DNA of 38,260 bases from Burkholderiaceae bacterium (GTDB lineage Bacteria > Pseudomonadota > Gammaproteobacteria > Burkholderiales > Burkholderiaceae_A): the NCBI GenBank assembly GCA_036783055.1, contig DAIPXU010000001.1:1-38260 (forward strand). Reading direction: 5' to 3'. The notes beneath the pieces were generated by a model. That model had not been told where the DNA came from. It worked only from the letters and a program-made list of their open reading frames with translations, and did no database searches. This document shows positions 1 through 14,477 of the stretch, one piece after another (positions within the stretch are counted from its first letter, which is position 1; every line of letters begins with the position of its first letter). A program made the position numbers and the translations under genes.

Positions 1-1
1 C

Positions 2-1930
2 TCATCGGGCGCCATTCCGGGTTGGGACGAACGCAATAACTTTGCATGGTCTCTGCTTCAGAGCCTTGCCAAACACTACGGCTTCGGCCTGGATCAGCCC
101 TTTGAGACACTGAGCCCCGATGTGCAGGCTGCCCTGCTCTTCGGTTCCGGCGAGACCTCGATCGCATTGGACTATCCGCTCGACCGAGGCCGGCAGGTGG
201 TCAAGCAGCAGCCGTTCGAGGGAATACTTGCCAACCTTAAACGTCGATGGGAAGAGACCGACTCTCCAGCGGTGCGCGAGGAATTGGGCAAATACAGGCG
301 CTTGAGCCCCTGCCAAGCCTGCAATGGGAGTCGGTTGCGTCCCGAGGCAAGGGCCGTTCGACTCGGGCAAGGCGAGCGATCGATTGGTCTCCCAGAATTG
401 GTCGCCCTGCCACTTGGAAAAGTGGCATCTCATTTGGATGCATTGGCACTCAGCGGTCAGCGGGCATCGATTGCACAGCGAATTCTCGAGGAGATTCGCA
501 GCCGCCTCCTTTTCTTGAACAACGTGGGCCTCTCTTACCTCAGCCTGAACCGCCCTGCGGTGACGCTATCGGGTGGTGAGTCCCAGAGAATACGGCTCGC
601 GAGTCAGATTGGAGCGCAACTCTCGGGCGTGATGTACGTCCTTGATGAGCCTTCGATTGGACTGCATCAACGCGACAACGATCGTCTGCTCGAGACATTG
701 AGGAGGCTTCGAGATCTCGGCAATACCGTCATCGTGGTCGAACACGACGAGGATGCGATTCGAACCGCAGACCACATCATTGACATGGGACCCGGTGCGG
801 GCAGCCTGGGGGGCGAGGTGGTGGCCCATGGCCCACTGGAGGTCATTCTTCAGAGCGATGGCCTCACCGGTCAGTACCTCTCTGGTCGATGTCGCATCGA
901 ACCCCCCAAGCACCGCCATACATGCGACGGTCGTTGGCTTCGCATTCAAGGCGCGTCAGGAAACAACCTGCGGGCCGTTGATGTTGATTTTCCAGTGGGC
1001 CTGTTCTCCTGCGTGACAGGGGTCTCGGGAAGCGGCAAATCGACACTGGTCAACGAGACCTTGGCTCGAATCGTCGCAAAACATCTCTACGGGAGTCGAG
1101 AGGAGCCCACGCCGTATGTGGCCATCGAAGGGCTCGAGCACATCGACCGCCTGATCTGCGTGGATCAGAGCCCGATTGGCCGAACTCCACGCAGCAATCC
1201 GGCCACATACACCGGCCTCTTTACGCCCATTCGTGATCTCTTTGCCGGATCTCCCATGGCCCGGGAGCGCGGATACGATGCCGGCCGCTTCTCATTCAAT
1301 GTAAAAGGTGGTCGATGCGAGGGATGCCAAGGCGATGGCCTAGTAAAGGTGGAGATGCACTTTCTCCCTGATCTCTATGTGCCTTGCGACCAGTGCAAAG
1401 GGTTGCGCTACAACCGAGAGACCCTCGATGTGCGTTACCGAGGAAAGACAATTGCCGAGGTGCTCGACCTCACGATTGATGACGCCTCGGCGTTCTTTGC
1501 TGCAATCCCCACCGTGGCGAGGAAACTCGAGACGCTCAGGGAGGTGGGTCTTGGTTATCTTCGACTCGGCCAGAGCGCTACAACTCTATCCGGCGGTGAG
1601 GCGCAAAGGGTCAAGCTCGCTTGCGAGTTGAGCAAACGCGACACCGGGAGAACACTCTACATTCTCGATGAGCCCACCACCGGACTTCATTTTCACGACA
1701 CCGCAATGCTGCTCAAACTCCTGCGCCACCTGCGAGACGCAGGCAACACCATCGTCGTCATCGAGCACAACCTCGATGTGATTCAGGCCGCCGACTGGAT
1801 CATTGATATGGGCCCCGACGGTGGGGAGGGCGGTGGAGAACTTGTCGCCAGTGGTACGCCGGAATCTGTCGCAGCAAACCCCAAGAGTGTCACTGGTCGT
1901 TATCTCCTGCCAATGCTCGAGAAGTCCTAG
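2..1930 (+). CDS. uvrA: Excinuclease ABC subunit A (5'-truncated by window edge)
   Basis: Frame is open from position 2 ([12 protein letters not shown]...). Two ABC signature motifs ([24 protein letters not shown]), Walker A GVSGSGKS, CxxC zinc fingers and the UvrA motif [16 protein letters not shown]. Confidence 0.98.
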   Translation, partial: SSGAIPGWDERNNFAWSLLQSLAKHYGFGLDQPFETLSPDVQAALLFGSGETSIALDYPLDRGRQVVKQQPFEGILANLKRRWEETDSPAVREELGKYRRLSPCQACNGSRLRPEARAVRLGQGERSIGLPELVALPLGKVASHLDALALSGQRASIAQRILEEIRSRLLFLNNVGLSYLSLNRPAVTLSGGESQRIRLASQIGAQLSGVMYVLDEPSIGLHQRDNDRLLETLRRLRDLGNTVIVVEHDEDAIRTADHIIDMGPGAGSLGGEVVAHGPLEVILQSDGLTGQYLSGRCRIEPPKHRHTCDGRWLRIQGASGNNLRAVDVDFPVGLFSCVTGVSGSGKSTLVNETLARIVAKHLYGSREEPTPYVAIEGLEHIDRLICVDQSPIGRTPRSNPATYTGLFTPIRDLFAGSPMARERGYDAGRFSFNVKGGRCEGCQGDGLVKVEMHFLPDLYVPCDQCKGLRYNRETLDVRYRGKTIAEVLDLTIDDASAFFAAIPTVARKLETLREVGLGYLRLGQSATTLSGGEAQRVKLACELSKRDTGRTLYILDEPTTGLHFHDTAMLLKLLRHLRDAGNTIVVIEHNLDVIQAADWIIDMGPDGGEGGGELVASGTPESVAANPKSVTGRYLLPMLEKS

Positions 1931-2604
1931 GGCAGAACTGTCAGCCGGGCAATGACTTGCCAATCACCACCTGGCTGGACACGGACCGCGAGCATCTCCC
2001 CCATGCCCACGCCCTGACCGCTCAATGCACCGATGGTCACCTGGTGGGTGACCCATATCTCCAAACCGCGGTCCTTCATCTCTCCAGCACGCCTCAAACC
2101 CAGGATCTGACGTTGTCGATTCCCATGGCCCTGAAAGAAGGAGTTGAGGTCGGGGAAAGGCTCGACCCTTGATCGCCCGAAGGCCTCCGCGGCGGTGTCT
2201 AAACAGCGACACCACTGGCTCGAGCGAACCCGCGAGAAAACGACGCCGTGCCGTGCAAACCAAGCACCCATCGCACGGGCCTGTTGCTGCCCCTCGAGGG
2301 AGAGGTTGCGTTGTGTCGCGCAGTCCTCGAGACGAAACCCGGGAGGGTCTCCAATCCCCGGGACAGTCTGGGCGTGCCGAACAAGGACCAGGGTGCTCGG
2401 TTGGGCCAGGGCATCGAGAAACGCTTGCTCGGCTTTGCCAACATTGGATGCAAGCGACGTGGCGGGTGCGGCCAAGGCCGTGACAGGCGCAAGGCCATTG
2501 AGGACCGAGAGACAAACAAGCAGTGAGATCGGTCCCAAGACCCTTCGAAAGGGCTCGATACTAATTTGGTAGCCTTTGAGAATCAGCAAAGAGAAAGTCT
2601 CCAT
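1927..2604 (-). CDS. Histidine phosphatase (phosphoglycerate mutase-like) family protein, probably exported
   Basis: LVRHA catalytic motif, [24 protein letters not shown] and VTHQ segments; hydrophobic signal-like N-terminus. Start codon uncertain (ATG at 2604 chosen). Confidence 0.8.
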   Translation of the reverse strand: METFSLLILKGYQISIEPFRRVLGPISLLVCLSVLNGLAPVTALAAPATSLASNVGKAEQAFLDALAQPSTLVLVRHAQTVPGIGDPPGFRLEDCATQRNLSLEGQQQARAMGAWFARHGVVFSRVRSSQWCRCLDTAAEAFGRSRVEPFPDLNSFFQGHGNRQRQILGLRRAGEMKDRGLEIWVTHQVTIGALSGQGVGMGEMLAVRVQPGGDWQVIARLTVLP

Positions 2605-2607
2605 TCG

Positions 2608-3027
2608 ATGAGCCAAATTACCGCAAATCTTCACCGAGCCACCGGCGCCATCACCACACTGAGCAATGGGCGGCACACGTGGACCGCCGATGTGCCGAAA
2701 ACCCACGGATCAATGGATGCAGCCCCCGATCCTCACGATCTTCTGGACTCTGCTCTGGCAGCCTGCACTGTGTTGACCTTGGAACTCTATGCCCGACGCA
2801 AGGGGGACTGGGTCAATTCTCGTTTCAGTTGTACGGTTGAGCGTGTTTCGGAGAAACGGGGAGAGGACGGTCAGGTGCACTATCGTCTCCGAAGAGAGGT
2901 CAGCGCCGATGGCCCCCTCACCGATGATCAGAAAAACAAGCTCGTCGAGATCGCGAACAAATGTCCCATCCATCGACTGATGGCTGGGAAAATCGAGGTC
3001 GATACAGCGATCAGCGAGGCAGATTAG
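2608..3027 (+). CDS. OsmC/Ohr (YhfA-like) family protein
   Basis: [15 protein letters not shown] and IANKCPIHR two-cysteine motifs; ATG at 2608. Confidence 0.88.
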   Translation: MSQITANLHRATGAITTLSNGRHTWTADVPKTHGSMDAAPDPHDLLDSALAACTVLTLELYARRKGDWVNSRFSCTVERVSEKRGEDGQVHYRLRREVSADGPLTDDQKNKLVEIANKCPIHRLMAGKIEVDTAISEAD

Positions 3028-4477
3028 ACGAGCCCATCAGAAAGGCGTCGATTGAATCGGCGGACTGCCGCGACTCACGTATCGCCCAGGCCCCCAGGGA
3101 CTGGCACCTTCGCAAATCTCCCGCAGCAGACACCCTGGGCACATTGGTGAAGTAGGAGCGCTCCCCCTCGGTGCCTGATTTGGCATTCCCACGGTTATCG
3201 AGATCGACACCAAAAGCCTGAACAACGGAACCGACCGGCGAGACAAATCCCATTGCCAGAAGCACGAGATCCGCTGGTAGGGTGCGCTCGGTGCCCGGAA
3301 CCTCTTGCATCTTGCCATCTTTCCACTGCACGTTGCATGCCTTCAAGCCCGTGAGACGGCCTGATTCACCCACGAACTCCTTGGTTGCAATTGCAAACTC
3401 TCGATCACAACCCTCTTGGTGGCTCGAGGAAGTGCGCAACTTGTACGGCCAATAGGGCCAAGTCAAGGACCGGTCCTCTTGCTCCGGTGGCATGGGCATG
3501 AGTTCAAACTGAGTGACACTCTTGGCACCATGGCGGTTGCTCGTCCCCACGCAGTCCGATCCCGTATCGCCACCGCCGATCACGATAACGTGCTTGCCAT
3601 CGGCCCGAATCTGATTGGGGAAGGAATCACCCGCATTGACTTTGTTCTGCATAGGCAAGAACTCCATCGCAAAATGCACGCCCTTGAGTTCCCGCCCAGG
3701 CACAGGCAGATCACGAGGCTGCTCGGCCCCCCCCGTCAACAAAACCGCATCGAACTCGGCGAGAAGGTCTTTGGGCGAAATGGAACTGCTTGCCCAGTTC
3801 GTTACCTTCGTATCTTTGGGAAGATCGGCAACTAGCACGGAGGTCTTGAAGACAACGCCCTCGGCCTGCATCTGCTCAACGCGACGATCAATGTGGCTTT
3901 TCTCCATCTTGAAATCGGGAATTCCATAACGCAGGAGCCCGCCGACTCGGTCGTTCTTTTCAAAAACGGTCACGGCATGCCCCGCTCGGGCCAGTTGTTG
4001 TGCGGCGGCCAATCCGGCAGGGCCCGAGCCCACCACCGCGACATGCTTGCCGGTCTTCTTGGCCGCCAGTATCGGCTTGACCCATCCTTCTTTCCATCCT
4101 CGGTCGATGATGGCGTGCTCGATGGACTTGATGCCAACCGCATCGCTGTTGATATTGAGGGTGCAAGCCGCTTCGCATGGCGCGGGGCAGACCCGTCCCG
4201 TGAACTCGGGAAAGTTATTGGTCGAGTGCAAGACATCGAGCGCTGCACGCCACTGGCTCTGAAAAACCAAATCATTGAAGTCTGGAATGATGTTGTTGAC
4301 TGGGCAGCCGTTGTTACAAAAGGGGATGCCGCAATCCATGCAGCGCGCTGCCTGCTGGTGGGCCTGGTCCTCGGAGAGGCCAATGACAAACTCTTTGTAA
4401 TGTTTGACCCGACTGCTGGGTTCCTGGTAGCCCTCCTCAACCCGAGCGAGTTCCATGAATCCTGTGACTTTTCCCAT
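3011..4477 (-). CDS. gltD: Glutamate synthase small (beta) subunit
   Basis: [10 protein letters not shown] and CPAPCE Fe-S motifs, GSGPAG and GGGDTG nucleotide-binding motifs; directly downstream of gltB. The C-terminal motif is degenerate (see findings). Confidence 0.97.
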   Translation of the reverse strand: MGKVTGFMELARVEEGYQEPSSRVKHYKEFVIGLSEDQAHQQAARCMDCGIPFCNNGCPVNNIIPDFNDLVFQSQWRAALDVLHSTNNFPEFTGRVCPAPCEAACTLNINSDAVGIKSIEHAIIDRGWKEGWVKPILAAKKTGKHVAVVGSGPAGLAAAQQLARAGHAVTVFEKNDRVGGLLRYGIPDFKMEKSHIDRRVEQMQAEGVVFKTSVLVADLPKDTKVTNWASSSISPKDLLAEFDAVLLTGGAEQPRDLPVPGRELKGVHFAMEFLPMQNKVNAGDSFPNQIRADGKHVIVIGGGDTGSDCVGTSNRHGAKSVTQFELMPMPPEQEDRSLTWPYWPYKLRTSSSHQEGCDREFAIATKEFVGESGRLTGLKACNVQWKDGKMQEVPGTERTLPADLVLLAMGFVSPVGSVVQAFGVDLDNRGNAKSGTEGERSYFTNVPRVSAAGDLRRCQSLGAWAIRESRQSADSIDAFLMGSSNLPR

Positions 4478-4533
4478 CATTCAATCCTTCTTTATGTAAG
4501 TGCAAGCGCCCTATCTTTCGATCGACATCCCAC

Positions 4534-9255
<4,722 letters not shown>

Positions 9256-9297
9256 AGTCGTGCACCCTTAGGCAAAGAAATATCCCTCTAATCTCCC

Positions 9298-9325
9298 GTT
9301 ATATATTGATTTAAATTAGGGTCAG
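9298..9325 (-). promoter_or_regulatory. Putative sigma70 promoter of gltBD
   Basis: On the minus strand, CTGACC (9325-9320), 16 nt, then TATAAC (9303-9298) in an AT-rich island about 45 nt upstream of gltB. Confidence 0.45.
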
Positions 9326-9341
9326 ATCCTAATTTAAATCA
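9307..9341. repeat. Perfect 14-bp inverted repeat (REP-like palindrome or operator)
   Basis: TGATTTAAATTAGG-gtcagat-CCTAATTTAAATCA; the right arm includes the stop codon of the RAYT-like gene. Confidence 0.85.
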
Positions 9342-10073
9342 TTCGGTCCTCGCCTCCTCTTTATTTAGGGACATACCGTTCGCTCCTCTGGGTCGTCCTC
9401 TGGGTCTGCCAATCCAGCTCAAGCGCTCCCCGGGTGGCAGGCGGGCCCAGTCCCTCTCCGTCAACAACGGGCAACCACTCGCAAGCCCCCTCTCCATCTC
9501 CTTTGCCAGCGACGCATCCATTGGCTCCTGAAGAATGCGAGCAAACTCGGCCTCCCGTTCAAACGGTGTGTTTCCGAGCGACCAGTACCCAGCCAGTGTC
9601 TGAATCGGCGCCATGGGTGGGGCTGGCCGCTGGCCCGCCAGAACCCCTGCCGAGGACCACGGCCAATCAAGGGGGTCTGCGCAGCGCCCCGCTCGCACCG
9701 GCTGCCATGCAAGCCATCGCATGGCCGACAGGCCATGCACGTCGGCAGATATCCAATAGCTACGGTAACGCCCCTCCCATGGGGTGCCCGAACGCCGCCA
9801 ACGGCGATTGAACATAGGCACATACCGACGTCCGACCTGCTGAATGGTCTCGGCCATTGCTCGCGCGCGTTGAGGCGTTACGAGCCAATGGGCCTCTCGC
9901 CCCACCACAGACCAAGCATGGATCCAGAGGCCATTGCCCATGGCCGACTCAAGAAAGACATTGAGATAGGCCTCTCTATCCTGAGCGTCAATGCAGAAGG
10001 GCTCATCGGCATGGCCCCGCTGGGCCAGATGATAGGTGCGCCCCGAGACGATCTGGCGAGGTCGCCTTGCCAT
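9339..10073 (-). CDS. REP-associated tyrosine transposase (RAYT / TnpA-Y1, IS200-like HUH fold) homolog with degenerate active site and C-terminal AT-hook
   Basis: MARRPR...YHLAQRG N-terminus, FNRRWRRSGTPWEGRYRS, QPVRAG, WPWSS, LGNTPFERE and RPRGRPR match RAYT-type proteins. The HUH position reads EAH and the catalytic Tyr position reads W. Confidence 0.85.
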   Translation of the reverse strand: MARRPRQIVSGRTYHLAQRGHADEPFCIDAQDREAYLNVFLESAMGNGLWIHAWSVVGREAHWLVTPQRARAMAETIQQVGRRYVPMFNRRWRRSGTPWEGRYRSYWISADVHGLSAMRWLAWQPVRAGRCADPLDWPWSSAGVLAGQRPAPPMAPIQTLAGYWSLGNTPFEREAEFARILQEPMDASLAKEMERGLASGCPLLTERDWARLPPGERLSWIGRPRGRPRGANGMSLNKEEARTE

Positions 10074-10085
10074 CTTGAACCAGTC

Positions 10086-11228
10086 CTATGCCGTCATGGC
10101 CTGCAGGCTCGCACTCACCGCGGCGTCATCCACTGGCCTGAACTCAGCCTGCCCAATTCCTTTGAGCAGGATGTAGCGAATGCGCCCCGCGGCGGCCTTC
10201 TTGTCGTGCCGCATCCAGTCAAGGTAGGTCTGGGCCGACCACTTCGGTGGCTGCGTGGGCAGACCCGCTCGCCTCACCAAATCAAGAACCCGCGAGGCCT
10301 CGTCTGCTCGCACTTGACCCAGATCCTGCGAGAGTCGAGTGGCCATCACCATCCCACAACCAACAGCCTCCCCATGAAGCCAAGTTCCAAATCCGAGCCC
10401 GGCCTCGATCGCGTGCCCAAAGGTATGACCGAAGTTAAGCAACGCCCGACGACCCGAGGATTCTCGCTCGTCCTCAGCGACCACCATTGCCTTGAGTTGG
10501 CAAGACTTCTCAATGGCATAGGCAAGGCTTTTTGAATCTCTGGCCACCAGGGCATCCATTGCGTCCTCGAGCCAGTCGAAGAACCCTCGATCCAAACTTG
10601 CACCGTACTTAATGATCTCGGCCAGACCCGCGCTGAACTCTCGCTCTGGAAGAGTCGACAAGACCGACATATCAATCACCACCGCCTTGGGTTGGTAAAA
10701 GGCCCCAATCATGTTTTTCCCCAGGGGGTGATTCACGCCCGTCTTGCCACCAACAGAAGAGTCGACCTGGGCCAACAGGGTGGTTGGGGCCTGAACAAAA
10801 GCGACTCCCCGCTGATAACAGGAGGCAGCAAAGCCAGCCATATCGCCCACCACCCCTCCCCCCAGCGCAACAACCGTACTCGAGCGATCCACCTGTGCCT
10901 GCATCATGGCATCCAAAATCGTGCCGAGGTGGGCCATGTCCTTGAACTCCTCGCCATCGGGCAAGACCACCTCTATGACTTCTCTCGATGAGGCCTTGAG
11001 GGCACCAACCAACGTGGCCAGGTAGAGATTGGCAACTGTGGCGTTGGTAACGACCACCACCTGCCGAGAATCAATGCAGGCAGTCCAAACAGCGGGCAGA
11101 CCAAGCAGTTCCTCCCCAATCCATATCGGGTAGGCACGGCCATCGCCCAGCGCAACCTCGACGGTGGAATGAATGCCGAGCGCCGGCTGAGTCGAGTCCG
11201 TTGGGTCGATAGATGGAGTTGGCTTCAT
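10086..11228 (-). CDS. aroB: 3-dehydroquinate synthase
   Basis: GGGVVGD, PTTLLAQVDSSVGGKTG and LNFGHTFGHAIE motifs; start at 11228 (ATG) or 11246 (TTG). Confidence 0.97.
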   Translation of the reverse strand: MKPTPSIDPTDSTQPALGIHSTVEVALGDGRAYPIWIGEELLGLPAVWTACIDSRQVVVVTNATVANLYLATLVGALKASSREVIEVVLPDGEEFKDMAHLGTILDAMMQAQVDRSSTVVALGGGVVGDMAGFAASCYQRGVAFVQAPTTLLAQVDSSVGGKTGVNHPLGKNMIGAFYQPKAVVIDMSVLSTLPEREFSAGLAEIIKYGASLDRGFFDWLEDAMDALVARDSKSLAYAIEKSCQLKAMVVAEDERESSGRRALLNFGHTFGHAIEAGLGFGTWLHGEAVGCGMVMATRLSQDLGQVRADEASRVLDLVRRAGLPTQPPKWSAQTYLDWMRHDKKAAAGRIRYILLKGIGQAEFRPVDDAAVSASLQAMTA

Positions 11229-11246
11229 GGACCGTATTTTGCCCAA

Positions 11247-11816
11247 TCAGTCAGTGGAGTTGGAGCAATCAGTGGTGTGAGCGGCGATCAACCCCGCTCG
11301 GATGAGTTGCTCCTCCACGGCACTGACCACCTGTCCGAGCGAGCCTCTGGTGCTCGAGACAACGCAATCGGCCATCGCTCGATAGACCGGGTCTCTGAGC
11401 GAATAGAGTTCGTCGACCTTTGCACGTGGGTCAGCTGATTGCATCAGCAGTGGCCTGGATTGGTCCGAGCGCAAACGGGTCCAGAGCAGCTTCGGTTCGG
11501 CCTCGAGGTAGATCACAAAGCCTCTCGATAGGTGCAGGCGATTGGCTGGATCCATGGGTGCGCCGCCACCAGTGGTTACGACCCTGCCTGAGGCCGACAT
11601 CACCTCGGCAATGACCCTGGACTCCCGCCTGCGAAACCCCTCTTCCCCCTCTACCTCAAAAATAACCGGGATGGTGGTGCCCGAGCGGGCCTCAATCTCA
11701 TGGTCGGTGTCGACCAAAGGGCGTCCCAAGCGGGCGGCGAGCCGCTTGCCAATCGTCGTCTTGCCCGCGCCCATCAGGCCAATGAAGACAATATTTTTCA
11801 TTGCTTGCGAAGACAT
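11247..11816 (-). CDS. aroK: Shikimate kinase
   Basis: GLMGAGKTT P-loop, EGEEGFRRRE, TGGG and RPLL motifs. Confidence 0.97.
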   Translation of the reverse strand: MSSQAMKNIVFIGLMGAGKTTIGKRLAARLGRPLVDTDHEIEARSGTTIPVIFEVEGEEGFRRRESRVIAEVMSASGRVVTTGGGAPMDPANRLHLSRGFVIYLEAEPKLLWTRLRSDQSRPLLMQSADPRAKVDELYSLRDPVYRAMADCVVSSTRGSLGQVVSAVEEQLIRAGLIAAHTTDCSNSTD

Positions 11817-11850
11817 GAACCGAGTCTATCAGGCGATACACTTGGGTTTC
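11817..11850. promoter_or_regulatory. Back-to-back -10 elements (bidirectional, probably leaderless) for aroK and mrcA
   Basis: Minus-strand TAGACT (11828-11823) lies 6 nt before the aroK ATG. Plus-strand TACACT (11837-11842) lies 8 nt before the mrcA ATG. Neither side has an SD motif. Confidence 0.5.
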
Positions 11851-14142
11851 ATGCGCTTGCTGATCAAAATACTTCTCACAGCCTGCTTTGGGCTGGTGTC
11901 GCTCATCGCCCTTGCAACACTGGTTATCTCATTGGCCAGTCCGCGGCTTCCTGAGGTGCTCGCGCTCTCCGATTACCGGCCCAAGCTCCCCCTTCGCGTG
12001 ATGACTGCCGACGGGGTGTTGATCGGAGAGTTTGGTGAGGAGCGACGCAGCGTCGTCCGCTACAACGAGGTCCCCAAATCCCTGATTAATGCCATCTTGG
12101 CAGCGGAAGACGACCGCTTCTTTGAGCACAGCGGCATCGACATGATGGGCATACTTCGATCGGCCGGCGCAAACCTCGCCTCGGTCCGCAAGGCCCAAGG
12201 GGGCAGCACCATCACCATGCAGGTGGCACGAAACTTCTACCTGTCGTCGGATAAGACGTTTCTGAGAAAGATTTTCGAAGTGCTGCTTGCATTGGACATT
12301 GAGCGCAAGCTCACCAAGCAACAGATTCTAGAGCTCTATATCAATCAGATTTACTTGGGCCGCCGTGCCTATGGCTTTGCCTCTGCCGCTCAGATTTACT
12401 TCGGCAAGCCCATCCATAAGCTCACCATTGCGGAGTCCGCAATGCTCGCTGGGCTGCCCAAAGCGCCATCCGCCTTCAACCCAGTGGTCAACCCTCGACG
12501 TGCCAAAGCCCGCCAGGAGTACATTCTCGGCCGAATGGTCAAGCTCGAAATGATCAGTAATGGCCAGTTCGTCACTGCACTCAAGGAGCAACTCCGAGTG
12601 GTTGGGCGAAGCGACGACTATGCGATCAACGCCGCCTACCTTGCGGAGATGGTCCGGCAACAGCTCTACAGTCAGTTTCAAGAGGACGCCTATAACCGGG
12701 GTCTCACTGTGTTCACCACCATTCGTGCCGATGAACAACGGGCAGCCCACCTCGCGCTGCGTACAGCGCTGATTGACTTCGACCGCCGTCAAGGCTGGCG
12801 AGGGCCTGAAGCGCGGGTTGATCTTCCCAGCGGTGGCTCGGCCGAGGAGTTAGAAGATGCTGTGGAGGATGCTTTGGCCGACCGACCGGACAGCGATGGA
12901 CTTTTTGCGGCGGTCGTCATTAGCACCCTTAATAACGAGGTCCGCGTGATGCGACCGCGGGGGCGGGAGTTCACGGTCTCCGGTGACGGTCTCAAGTTCG
13001 CGGCCAAGGGGCTCGACTCCAAGTCGCCCGACGGACTTCAGATTCGTAGAGGCTCCGTGGTGAGGCTCTCCCTGATGAGCAGTGGTGAATGGGAGATCAC
13101 CCAGACACCATTGGTCGAGGGAGCCTTCGTGGCCCTGCACAACGAGACGGGTGCGGTTCGGGCCCTTGTTGGTGGCTTCGACTTCCGACGCAGTAAATTC
13201 AATCATGTGACCCAGGCCTATAGGCAGCCTGGTTCCACAATCAAGCCATTCATTTACGCTGCTGCCCTTGAGCGGGGTTATTCGGGCAGTTCAATGATCA
13301 ACGACGCCCCGGTGAGTTTTGACGCCGCAATCACAGGAGGGGTGGAATGGAAGCCTCGCAACTATGACGAGGTCTACGACGGCCCAATTAGCCTTCGGCA
13401 GGCGCTGGCGCGCTCCAAGAACATGGTCTCCATCCGATTGCTCAGTGCAATTGGCCCCCGTTACGGCCAGAGCTACCTGAGTCGATTTGGATTCGAGTCC
13501 GCGAGGAACCCCCCTTACCTGACCCTTGCCCTTGGGGCCGGGGCGGTGACTCCCATGCAGATGGCCGCTGGCTATGCGGCGATTGCCAACGGAGGGTTCC
13601 GCGTCACTCCCTACTTTATCGATCGGGTTCTTGATGAGCATGGCGGGCTGATCAGCCAGACCGAGCCCGCCCGGGCCCGGGGCGATGCGCCCCGAATCAT
13701 CGATGAGCGCTACGCGTTTCTCATCCACAACCTCCTCCAGGAAGTCATTCGCTCAGGCACAGGCAGAAAGGCTTTGTCGCTCGGCCGTCCCGACCTCGCA
13801 GGAAAAACAGGCACCACCAATGATGCGCAGGATGCATGGTTTGCTGGATACCAGTCTCAGTTGTCTGCGGTCTCCTGGATTGGTTACGACCAGCCAAGAT
13901 CACTTGGCGAGAGAGAGACCGGGGGCGGTCTCGCACTTCCTGTCTGGATCTCGTTTATGTCAGAGGCCTTGAAGAAGGTTCCGGTCACACCACGGCAGGT
14001 ACCGCCGGGAATCGTGCGTCTTGGCAACGAGTTCTACACCTCGGCGAACCTGCCGGGCGTGGGGGTCGATACGCTCGACATTCCCCCGGGGCTCAGCGAG
14101 GCCGCTGCAGCGATGCCCCCGGGCACCGCCTCAACGCCCTAA
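11851..14142 (+). CDS. mrcA: Penicillin-binding protein 1A (transglycosylase/transpeptidase)
   Basis: N-terminal TM anchor; EDDRFFEH and GGSTITMQ glycosyltransferase motifs; STIK, SKN and KTG transpeptidase motifs. The true start is ATG 11851; the longer called ORF overlaps aroK. Confidence 0.96.
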   Translation: MRLLIKILLTACFGLVSLIALATLVISLASPRLPEVLALSDYRPKLPLRVMTADGVLIGEFGEERRSVVRYNEVPKSLINAILAAEDDRFFEHSGIDMMGILRSAGANLASVRKAQGGSTITMQVARNFYLSSDKTFLRKIFEVLLALDIERKLTKQQILELYINQIYLGRRAYGFASAAQIYFGKPIHKLTIAESAMLAGLPKAPSAFNPVVNPRRAKARQEYILGRMVKLEMISNGQFVTALKEQLRVVGRSDDYAINAAYLAEMVRQQLYSQFQEDAYNRGLTVFTTIRADEQRAAHLALRTALIDFDRRQGWRGPEARVDLPSGGSAEELEDAVEDALADRPDSDGLFAAVVISTLNNEVRVMRPRGREFTVSGDGLKFAAKGLDSKSPDGLQIRRGSVVRLSLMSSGEWEITQTPLVEGAFVALHNETGAVRALVGGFDFRRSKFNHVTQAYRQPGSTIKPFIYAAALERGYSGSSMINDAPVSFDAAITGGVEWKPRNYDEVYDGPISLRQALARSKNMVSIRLLSAIGPRYGQSYLSRFGFESARNPPYLTLALGAGAVTPMQMAAGYAAIANGGFRVTPYFIDRVLDEHGGLISQTEPARARGDAPRIIDERYAFLIHNLLQEVIRSGTGRKALSLGRPDLAGKTGTTNDAQDAWFAGYQSQLSAVSWIGYDQPRSLGERETGGGLALPVWISFMSEALKKVPVTPRQVPPGIVRLGNEFYTSANLPGVGVDTLDIPPGLSEAAAAMPPGTASTP

Positions 14143-14155
14143 GGCGCGATCTCGC

Positions 14156-14467
14156 CTAGAAATCCCCCAAAGCCCTCGCGTGGCTCTCGTAGACGGCCTC
14201 AAAAGAGCCTTGCCCACGGGTGTCGAGCCATTGGTCATCGCGCCAGACAAAATGGTAGGCCCCATGAATGGAGGCGAGCCAGAGTTGTTGGGTAGGCGCC
14301 TGTGCATTGACGATGATTTTCTGTCCATCTTCGAATTCGGTCTCAAGAACTGGGCCTTTTCGATGGCACTCAAGAACCCGATCAAAATCAGCGTTCCATC
14401 CATCCACACGATTCTCAATCCAGGCAAACGCGGCCTCTATTTTCTCGAGATAGTCGGTTTCGGTCAT
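14156..14467 (-). CDS. cyaY: Iron donor protein CyaY (frataxin)
   Basis: KIIVNAQAPTQQLWLAS and GAYHF motifs, acidic N-terminal helix; usual position between mrcA and lptM. Confidence 0.92.
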   Translation of the reverse strand: MTETDYLEKIEAAFAWIENRVDGWNADFDRVLECHRKGPVLETEFEDGQKIIVNAQAPTQQLWLASIHGAYHFVWRDDQWLDTRGQGSFEAVYESHARALGDF

Positions 14468-14477
14468 ACTCTTTTCC

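Noticed and set aside
9339..10073. Active IS200/IS605 element or RAYT with a REP array
   Set aside because: No tnpB, no flanking REP cluster or upstream terminal hairpin was seen, and the catalytic residues are degenerate.
11542..11850. 103-aa N-terminal extension on PBP1A in the ORF track
   Set aside because: It overlaps aroK antisense, and the TM anchor begins right after the ATG at 11851.
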